Origin: Gemmatimonadota bacterium | GTDB taxonomy: Bacteria > Gemmatimonadota > Gemmatimonadetes > Gemmatimonadales > GWC2-71-9 | Direction of reading: 5' to 3' | Length of the DNA: 32,768 nucleotides | Assembly (NCBI GenBank): GCA_043751835.1 | Contig: JAYUZK010000009.1 | Coordinates: 1 to 32,768 of the forward strand | Shown: piece by piece, positions 12,029 to 18,200 of the stretch | Layout of the letters: every line of letters begins with the position of its first letter | Position numbering within the stretch: the stretch's first letter is position 1 | Program-made: the position numbers and the translations under genes | The notes under the pieces: model-generated | Database searches by the model: none | What the model was told of the DNA's origin: nothing | Seen by the model: only the letters and a program-made list of their open reading frames with translations

Positions 12029-12592
12029 ATGGCAATCATTGCGAGCAATATGCGGCGCGGCATGGCGATCATGTTCAACGGCGATCCCTGCCGGGTGCTG
12101 GATTTCCATCATCACACCCCGGGGAACCTGCGAGCACTGGTTCAGGCCAAGCTTCGAAGGCTCAAGACAGGTATCCAGTTCGAACACCGGTTCCGGGCCA
12201 CCGACAGCCTCGAAATCGCTGACCTCGAGACCCACCAACTCGATTTCATGTACAAGAGCAGCACGACGTACCACTTCATGAACACCGAGAACTTCGATCA
12301 GCTGGAGGTCGAGGAAGAGGATCTCGGTGACAATGCCAAGTGGATGACCGATGGGATGCGCATCATCGCCGAGTTCTACGAAGGGCGCCCGATCGGGATC
12401 CAGATGCCCAACACCCTGACCCTCGAAGTCACGGATACCGCGCCGGTGATGAAGACCGCGACCAAAACGGCCTCGACCAAGCCGGCCGTGCTGAATAATG
12501 GCATCACGGTCAACGTGCCCGAGTTTATCCAGACCGGGGAGAAGATCCGAGTGAATCCGGAAACCGGGGAGTACCTCGACCGGGCCAAGTGA
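12029..12592 (+). CDS. efp: Translation elongation factor P
   Basis: ORF 11924..12592 (+), trimmed to MAIIASNMRRGMAIMFNGDPCRVLDF..., giving 187 aa. It is collinear with E. coli/Pseudomonas EF-P, including HFMNTENFDQL, GDNAKW, KPAVLNNG and the C-terminal ETGEYLDRAK. Confidence 0.95.
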   Translation: MAIIASNMRRGMAIMFNGDPCRVLDFHHHTPGNLRALVQAKLRRLKTGIQFEHRFRATDSLEIADLETHQLDFMYKSSTTYHFMNTENFDQLEVEEEDLGDNAKWMTDGMRIIAEFYEGRPIGIQMPNTLTLEVTDTAPVMKTATKTASTKPAVLNNGITVNVPEFIQTGEKIRVNPETGEYLDRAK

Positions 12593-12604
12593 TCGGGGCC
12601 CCGC

Positions 12605-13708
12605 ATGGTCCTTTTCTTTCTTGCCGTCCAGGTGGCGGTGGCGCGGCCGCCGGCGCCGGTCCGGGATTCGGTGCCGTTCGCTCGGCTGGTGGAGTCGCTG
12701 TCCGAGTCGGGTGGCTATTTCGACTCCGACAACCTGATCTCCAACGAATTGTCCTATCTGCACATCGCTGGGGCGTTACGGAGCCGGGCCGACAAGGGGG
12801 GGGCGTACGTTGGGGTCGGGCCGGACCAGAACTTCTCCTACATCGCTGCCGTCCGGCCCTCAATCGCGTTCATCGTCGATCTCCGACGGGACAATCTCGT
12901 TCTTCACCTGCTCTACAAGAGTTTGTTTGAACTCTCCCGGAATCGGCTCGAATTCCTCTGCCTGTTGTTCGGCCGACCGGTTCCGGCCGACCGGACCGTC
13001 TGGGACAGTCGCTCGCTCACTGATCTCCTCGGTTACATCGATCGCACGGTTCCCGATACGGCCCGGCAGGCGCGGACCCAGGCGATCGTCGCTGACAGGG
13101 TCCGGAGCTACGGGCTCGGACCCCGGTCGGTCGACTACCGAACTCTGAAGCGGTTCCACGATGATTTCATCCGGGCCGGCCTCGAGCTCCGCTTCACATC
13201 CTACGGCCGGGGACCGCGTTCGTACTATCCGACGATCCGCCAGCTGTATCTGGAACGGGATCTCGCCGGGCGGGAAGCGAGTTTTCTCGCCCAGGAGGAC
13301 GACTTTCGCTATGTCCAGACTCTCGAGCGGCGCGGTCGGGTCATTCCTCTGGTCGGCGATTTCGGCGGTACCCGGGCCTTCAAGGGTATCGGGCAATATC
13401 TCCGAGGGCGAGGGGAGCGGGTCAGCCTCTTCTACACCTCCAACGTCGAATTCTATGTCTTCCGTCAGCAGGTCTTCCGCCGCTACGCGGATAATGTCCG
13501 GGCGCTTCCTTGGTCCAACCGGGGCCTGATTGCGCGGAGCTACTTCGGTGGGGTCATGGGTCAGCCGCACCCGCAGGCTCGCCCCGGGTACGCCAGCGTT
13601 CAGTTGCTTCAGACCGCGGACAATTTCTTGCGCCAGGCCGCCAATCCAAACCGCGTGTCCTATCGGGATTTGGTGAGTGACCGCGCGCTCGATCTCGAGC
13701 GCCCCTGA
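12605..13708 (+). CDS. Conserved protein of unknown function (YVGVGPDQNFSYIA / FIVDLRRDN motif family)
   Basis: A 367-aa ORF with high GC3, starting 12 nt after the efp stop. It has a short hydrophobic N-terminus (MVLFFLAVQVAVA) with no charged n-region. I recognise no catalytic signature beyond a G-x-G-containing strand-loop (YVGVGPDQN) that resembles a Rossmann-like fold. Confidence 0.7.
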   Translation: MVLFFLAVQVAVARPPAPVRDSVPFARLVESLSESGGYFDSDNLISNELSYLHIAGALRSRADKGGAYVGVGPDQNFSYIAAVRPSIAFIVDLRRDNLVLHLLYKSLFELSRNRLEFLCLLFGRPVPADRTVWDSRSLTDLLGYIDRTVPDTARQARTQAIVADRVRSYGLGPRSVDYRTLKRFHDDFIRAGLELRFTSYGRGPRSYYPTIRQLYLERDLAGREASFLAQEDDFRYVQTLERRGRVIPLVGDFGGTRAFKGIGQYLRGRGERVSLFYTSNVEFYVFRQQVFRRYADNVRALPWSNRGLIARSYFGGVMGQPHPQARPGYASVQLLQTADNFLRQAANPNRVSYRDLVSDRALDLERP

Positions 13709-14407
13709 TCAACGGGGCATGGCGAAGAGACGCTTCCAGCGGATATTCGTCAGGAACGGCAGCGGCTTGTAGGTGTCGGCATCGAAGCTGAAATAGATGA
13801 TCATCGGCCGGCCCCGGACGTTGGCTCGTGGAAGGAAGCCCCAGAACCGGCTGTCGTACGACTCCCGCCGATTGTCGCCCATCATGAAGAAGGAGTCCTG
13901 TGGCACCACCAAAGGTCCCCAGTCGTCGGGGTCCGGCGCGTATCCGGCCCGGTCTCCGCTGAGGAGTCGAGGCGCCTGCCATTCCCGCATCTTGGCGGAT
14001 CCGGCCGGGTCGGTCTCCATGTGGCGATTGCCCGGCAGAACCCAGGGCTCCTCGACCGCGCCACCGTTGCGTTCGAGGACTCCGTCTCGCATGGCGATCG
14101 TGTCCCCCGGGACACCGATCAGGCGTTTGACGACCTTGAGACCGGCCTCCTCGACGGAATCGAAGACCAGGAGGTCGCCCCGCCGCGGCTCGCGAATCGC
14201 TGGAAGTCGCTTTCCGTTCAGGGGAACCTCGGCACCGTACAGCATCTTGTTGACGTAGAGCACATCACCGATCAGCAGCGTCCCCTCCATACTGGAAGAA
14301 GGGATCCGGAAGGCCTGGAGGATGAAGGTGCTGAACGTGAACCAGATGACCAAGGCAATCGTGATGGTCTTCGTCCAGTCCCAGATCCAGCGACCGAAAG
14401 CGCGCAT
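13709..14407 (-). CDS. lepB: Signal peptidase I
   Basis: N-terminal TM segment, catalytic Ser box IPSSSMEGTL, Lys box VKRLIGVPGD, and GDNRRESYDSRFWG, all diagnostic of S26 signal peptidases. Confidence 0.9.
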   Translation of the reverse strand: MRAFGRWIWDWTKTITIALVIWFTFSTFILQAFRIPSSSMEGTLLIGDVLYVNKMLYGAEVPLNGKRLPAIREPRRGDLLVFDSVEEAGLKVVKRLIGVPGDTIAMRDGVLERNGGAVEEPWVLPGNRHMETDPAGSAKMREWQAPRLLSGDRAGYAPDPDDWGPLVVPQDSFFMMGDNRRESYDSRFWGFLPRANVRGRPMIIYFSFDADTYKPLPFLTNIRWKRLFAMPR

Positions 14408-14482
14408 CGAGACATCCGTCGGGTAAAAAGGTGGCCGAAACCGTACGAACGGTCGTGGGTCAGGTTTCAGGATCCGGCTGGT

Positions 14483-14707
14483 TCAGAGCTTGAGAATCCG
14501 CCGATCGTCAACGTCGAGCATGATCAGCGACCCGATCGTGCGCGCCATCATGCCGGACCCGAGGAAGGAGAGACTCTTGTTGATGGGGAAGGCTCCGCTC
14601 CAGATCGCCCCAAGAGTCACGGCGATCGCGGCGGCCGACAGGGTCGAGAGTGGGCCCTCGGGATCCCAGGTCTTCGACGTGGTCCAAAGGTGCCCCGCGA
14701 ACGGCAT
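14483..14707 (-). CDS. Small hypothetical membrane protein (74 aa)
   Basis: This is the only ORF in the 430-bp spacer with genome-typical codon bias. I read its codons by hand, and the large majority end in G/C. There is one clear hydrophobic segment (LSAAAIAVTLGAIWSGAF). It is co-oriented with lepB and lies upstream of it. I recognise no homology. Confidence 0.35.
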   Translation of the reverse strand: MPFAGHLWTTSKTWDPEGPLSTLSAAAIAVTLGAIWSGAFPINKSLSFLGSGMMARTIGSLIMLDVDDRRILKL

Positions 14708-14838
14708 CCAGGGCCACCCATCGTTCCGATCGATTCATGGCGTTGACCGTTTTGCGAGAGTCTCGTGGCGGTCGATCCTGCGAGCCTATATGTTACGCTA
14801 TTCGGCTCAACCACTCCACTCTCCGTCGGACCAGTGAT

Positions 14839-16653
14839 ATGGCGATACCCCGGCGCGTCCTCGGTTTGATCGGGCTCACCCTGAGCCTCGGCTGTGGCAA
14901 ACCCGAAGCGGCCGGAACCCTCATCAACATGACCGACAACCAGTTCAGCGGCTCGGTGGCCAGGGTCCCGGTTGGAACCCGGGTCACGTTCCTGAACGGC
15001 GGGCGGAGCGTCCACAACGCGACCGCCGTTGACGGCAGCTGGAAGAGCGGCGACGTTGCGGCTCACTCTTCCGGGGGAGGGCGCGGCGGCGACGTCGTGT
15101 TCGATAAGCCCGGCGTCTACAAATACTATTGCATTTATCACGGCACCAAAGACGGCCGGGGGATGGCCGGGGTCGTGGTCGTTGGCGGCGCGAGCTATAG
15201 CCCGAGCGCCCGGGGGGCCATCGCCGCGGTCGACAGCGCGACGGGCGTCGTGCGCCGCGTGCCGGCTGCGTATCCCACGATTCAGGCGGCGGTGGATGCC
15301 GCCGCCCCCGGCGACCTGGTCCTCGTCGACCGGGGCGTCTACCGGGAGGAGGTCACGGTCACCACCCCCTCGCTGGTAATCCGGGGTGTTGATCGCAACG
15401 AGACCATCATCGACGGCGAGTTCGTGCGGGGCAATGGAATTACGGTGCTTGCCGACGCGGTGGCCGTCGAGAACATGACCGCCCGGAACGCCCTCCTCAA
15501 CGGCTTCTTCTGGACCGGCGTTACGGGCTTCCGCGGCTCCTACCTCACCGCCTACAACAACGGAGACTACGGCATTTACGCCTTCGGCGCGAAGGACGGG
15601 GTGTTCGAAGACTCGTATGCGTCGGGTTCGCCGGACTCCGGTTTCTACATCGGCCAGTGCTATCCCTGCCGGATCGTGATCCGCCACGTTGTAGCCGAGC
15701 GCAACGGGCTCGGCTTTTCGGGCACGAACGCGGGCGGGCAACTCTATCTTGTGAGCTCGGTCTGGCGGAACAACCGGGCCGGCATCGTGCCGTCGTCGCT
15801 CGACATCGAGCTCGATCCACCCCAGCGCGACGCTGTGTTCGCGGCCAACCTCGTGATCGACAACAACAATGCCGCGGCGCCGGCGATCCCGATCAATTCG
15901 GTGGCGTTCGGGAATGGCATCCTGCTGGCGGGATCGGTACGGGACACCGTCGTTCGCAACGTGGTGCTCGATCACGCCGGCCACGGGATCGTGACGAGTC
16001 CGCTGCAGGATCGCAATTATTACCCGGCCATCGACAACGTGATCCGGGACAATATCGTGCTGGGATCGGGGCGGGCCGACCTTGCCAACGCCGGGCCCGG
16101 TGAGTCCGGTAACTGTTTCTCGGGCAACGAGCACCGCACCGCGATTCCGTTCGGACTCGAGGCCGCTCGCGGCTGCCTCGGGCTTCGGATGCCATGGTGG
16201 TCCGATTGGGTCCCGTTCGGAACGGTGTTCGTCCGGGCGCTCCAACTCGGCGAGTCGTTTCCTGACTGGAAGACCCAGCCAGCCCCGCCGCCCCAGCCGG
16301 GCATGGAGACGCCGGAGGCCGCGCCGGTCCGGATCGCGAGCCACGTCTTCGAGACACTTCATTTTGATCTCGCCGCGGCAACATTGCCGGCTGGCACCGA
16401 TTCGATCGTGGCGGCCTGGCGGGGTGGTGTGATCGGCCGAGACCGGACGCCGGGATGGTTCGGCCGGATCGGAGCCAACGCCGCGTTCCTCATCGGCCCG
16501 CTGGTGGTGTTCTGGTGGCTGATGCGGGTCCTTCGATCGAGGAAAGTGCCCGCGGAACGGGTCTGGCGGCGCCGTCTGGCAACCCTGGCGACCGGCCTGA
16601 TCGCCTGGGTCGCGGTGGTCGGGCTCAGCATCTGGTACTACAGCCGGATCTGA
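14839..16653 (+). CDS. Membrane-anchored cupredoxin + right-handed parallel beta-helix (NosD-like) protein
   Basis: ORF 14650..16653 (+), trimmed to MAIPRRVLGLIGLTLSLGCGK (signal peptide with a possible lipobox). The cupredoxin domain has type-1 Cu ligand spacing (SVHNAT ... YYCIYHGTKDGRGM). The NosD-type beta-helix begins PTIQAAVDAAAPGDLVLVDRGVYREEVTVTTPSLVIRG, followed by repeated N/G-rich turns. Two C-terminal TM helices are separated by an Arg-rich loop. Confidence 0.8.
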   Translation: MAIPRRVLGLIGLTLSLGCGKPEAAGTLINMTDNQFSGSVARVPVGTRVTFLNGGRSVHNATAVDGSWKSGDVAAHSSGGGRGGDVVFDKPGVYKYYCIYHGTKDGRGMAGVVVVGGASYSPSARGAIAAVDSATGVVRRVPAAYPTIQAAVDAAAPGDLVLVDRGVYREEVTVTTPSLVIRGVDRNETIIDGEFVRGNGITVLADAVAVENMTARNALLNGFFWTGVTGFRGSYLTAYNNGDYGIYAFGAKDGVFEDSYASGSPDSGFYIGQCYPCRIVIRHVVAERNGLGFSGTNAGGQLYLVSSVWRNNRAGIVPSSLDIELDPPQRDAVFAANLVIDNNNAAAPAIPINSVAFGNGILLAGSVRDTVVRNVVLDHAGHGIVTSPLQDRNYYPAIDNVIRDNIVLGSGRADLANAGPGESGNCFSGNEHRTAIPFGLEAARGCLGLRMPWWSDWVPFGTVFVRALQLGESFPDWKTQPAPPPQPGMETPEAAPVRIASHVFETLHFDLAAATLPAGTDSIVAAWRGGVIGRDRTPGWFGRIGANAAFLIGPLVVFWWLMRVLRSRKVPAERVWRRRLATLATGLIAWVAVVGLSIWYYSRI

Positions 16654-16656
16654 ACC

Positions 16657-17640
16657 GTGCTGCTCACGCGTCGAGATCTCGTACTCCTGGGCGGCGGCGT
16701 GACGGCTGGCGCCGGAGCCCTGCTTGGTCGCGACGCCTGGCTCGCCCGGGCTCAGGCTACCTCCGGGCTCGTCCCACCGAGGCCGACGGCACAGCGCTAT
16801 GGACACGGCGCCATGCCTCCGAACGAACTCGGACCGCTCAGCCTGGACCAGGCCACCCGGCCCTCAAAACCCGATCCCCGGTCCGGTCGGACGACCCGGC
16901 GAATCATCCTCGAAGTGGTCGACCAAACCGTCGGGATCTCGGTCGATCGGAGCTTCGACGCCTGGACTTTCGGCGGAACCGTTCCCGGCCCGACGTTGCG
17001 CGCCAACGAGGGGGATGCGCTCGAGATCACGCTGCGGAATCGAACCGGCCACGCCCACAACCTCCATTTTCACGGCAACCACGAGATCGAGGCGGACGGC
17101 TGGGAGCCCGTTCCCCCGGGCGGCGAGGCCGTGTATCGGTTGACGGCGGGTCCCTTCGGCGTGCATCCCTACCATTGTGATTTCACTCCCAGCGAAGATC
17201 ACATCGCCAACGGCCTCTATGGGCTGCTGATCGTCGATCCGCCAGAGTCCCGGCAACCGGCTGAGGAAGTGGTACTCGTGCTCTGCGGGTTCGATGTTGA
17301 CGGCGACGGAAACAGCGACCTGTTCGGCTGGAACGGACCGACCGGTTTCTACGCCAAGTACCCCATCAAGGTCGAGTCTGGCCGACTCGTCCGGGCGTAC
17401 GTCGCCAATTTCGTCGCCGATGTGCCGGTGGCGTCATTCCATCTTCACGCCCAGATGTTCGACGTCTACCGGAACGGCACTCGGCGCGAACCCGACGAAC
17501 GCACCGATGTGCTTTCCCTCGCCCCGGCTGAGCGGGCCATGATCGAATTCCGCCTGCCCCGGCGAGGGCGCTACATGTTCCACCCCCATCAGCGATTTCT
17601 GGCGGAACACGGCGCCATGGGTTGGTTCAGCGCCGTCTGA
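16657..17640 (+). CDS. TAT-exported two-domain cupredoxin protein, NirK / two-domain multicopper oxidase-like
   Basis: GTG start 3 nt after the upstream stop. Twin-arginine signal MLLTRRDLVLLGGG. Motifs are FGGTVPGPTLRANEGDALEITLRN, HNLHFHG, HPYHCD...DHIANGLYGLLIVDP, FHLHAQ and YMFHPHQRFLAEHGA. Confidence 0.85.
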   Translation: MLLTRRDLVLLGGGVTAGAGALLGRDAWLARAQATSGLVPPRPTAQRYGHGAMPPNELGPLSLDQATRPSKPDPRSGRTTRRIILEVVDQTVGISVDRSFDAWTFGGTVPGPTLRANEGDALEITLRNRTGHAHNLHFHGNHEIEADGWEPVPPGGEAVYRLTAGPFGVHPYHCDFTPSEDHIANGLYGLLIVDPPESRQPAEEVVLVLCGFDVDGDGNSDLFGWNGPTGFYAKYPIKVESGRLVRAYVANFVADVPVASFHLHAQMFDVYRNGTRREPDERTDVLSLAPAERAMIEFRLPRRGRYMFHPHQRFLAEHGAMGWFSAV

Positions 17641-17765
17641 CCCGGCATTCCTTCCCACATCACTTTGCTACCGAGATGGATCGCCAGGATTGGTGTAGGG
17701 GTTCCCGGCCCCGGTGGTTGTCACTCCCCGCTCATCAAATCAACTGCCTGCAAAGGAGGAACGGA

Positions 17766-18128
17766 ATGCGCCGTTCGATCTTGGTCGTGAGTTCGCTGTT
17801 GCTGATGGCTGCTTGTGGAGCCAGCACTCCAGATCCCATTTCTCCGCCGCCGCCCCCCCCGCCCCCCCCGCCGGCAAACTCCGTGTTGGTGAGTTCGAAC
17901 CAGTTTTCTCCGGCGCAACTGACGACCAGCAGCGGCTCGACCGTCACTTGGACTTGGCAGGGCGGTATCCACAACCTGACGTTTGAGGACAACGTGGGCA
18001 ATGCCGCTGACATGACCAGCGGCACCCACGCCCGCACGTTCAACGCCGCCGCCACGTTCCGATATCGTTGTACCAACCACTCCTCGAACTTTACCAGCGG
18101 GATGAGCGGATCGGTTGTGGTGCAGTAG
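17766..18128 (+). CDS. Blue-copper (cupredoxin) lipoprotein with polyproline tether
   Basis: ORF 17622..18128 (+), trimmed to the ATG at 17766, which is preceded by a strong Shine-Dalgarno sequence (AAAGGAGGA, 17752-17760). Signal plus lipobox MRRSILVVSSLLLMAAC. Ten consecutive Pro residues. Type-1 Cu ligands are IHNLTF ... YRCTNHSSNFTSGM, the same C-x2-H-x7-M spacing as the cupredoxin domain of the 14839 gene. Confidence 0.85.
   Translation: MRRSILVVSSLLLMAACGASTPDPISPPPPPPPPPPANSVLVSSNQFSPAQLTTSSGSTVTWTWQGGIHNLTFEDNVGNAADMTSGTHARTFNAAATFRYRCTNHSSNFTSGMSGSVVVQ
17844..17873 (+). repeat. Poly-proline coding tract containing two C8 homopolymer runs
   Basis: Read directly: ccg ccg ccg ccc ccc ccg ccc ccc ccg ccg. 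The C8 runs are at 17853-17860 and 17862-17869, separated by a single G. Confidence 0.9.
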
Positions 18129-18147
18129 TCGGGATCATTGGAATGAC

Positions 18148-18180
18148 AAACGGGGTCGGCTCGCAGAGCCAACCCCGTTT
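18148..18180. terminator. Bidirectional intrinsic terminator hairpin between convergent genes
   Basis: AAACGGGGTCGGCTC-GCA-GAGCCAACCCCGTTT forms a 14-bp stem with one C/A mismatch and a 3-nt loop. A/T-rich flanks are partly inside the stem on both strands. It lies between the cupredoxin stop (18128) and the ahcY stop (18201). Confidence 0.6.
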
Positions 18181-18200
18181 CGTTGCCGCCGGCTTGGAGC

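Noticed and set aside
13700-13716. Convergent genes abutting with zero spacing (12605-13708 + and lepB 13709-14407 -), and a 9-nt gap at 7796/7806, considered as a possible overlapping-terminator or antisense regulation feature.
   Set aside because: There is no convincing hairpin at either junction, only a weak CCCC...GGGG pair at 13702-13717. Tight convergent packing is common in compact high-GC genomes.
14839-16653. Calling this gene nosD (N2O reductase accessory protein).
   Set aside because: It has only the beta-helix fold signature. There is no nosZ/nosF/nosY/nosL in the window, and it carries an extra cupredoxin domain and C-terminal TM helices that canonical NosD lacks.
14617-16806. 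A 729-aa minus-strand ORF antisense to the cupredoxin/beta-helix gene. Similar long antisense ORFs occur at 26728-28524 (-), 28533-29837 (-), 30989-32593 (-), 8280-9791 (+), 2946-4304 (-), 6441-7472 (-), 1176-2117 (+), 19853-20737 (+) and 12..578 (+).
   Set aside because: These are shadow ORFs typical of high-GC DNA. Their translations are dominated by Arg/Pro/Gly/Ala/Asp with no recognisable domains. The opposite strand in every case encodes a protein with clear family motifs.
16657-17640. Calling this gene nirK (copper nitrite reductase).
   Set aside because: The fold and motif order match NirK, but the positions of the catalytic Asp and His and the axial Met are substituted by eye (His, Met/other and Leu respectively). 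A functional nirK call is therefore not justified.
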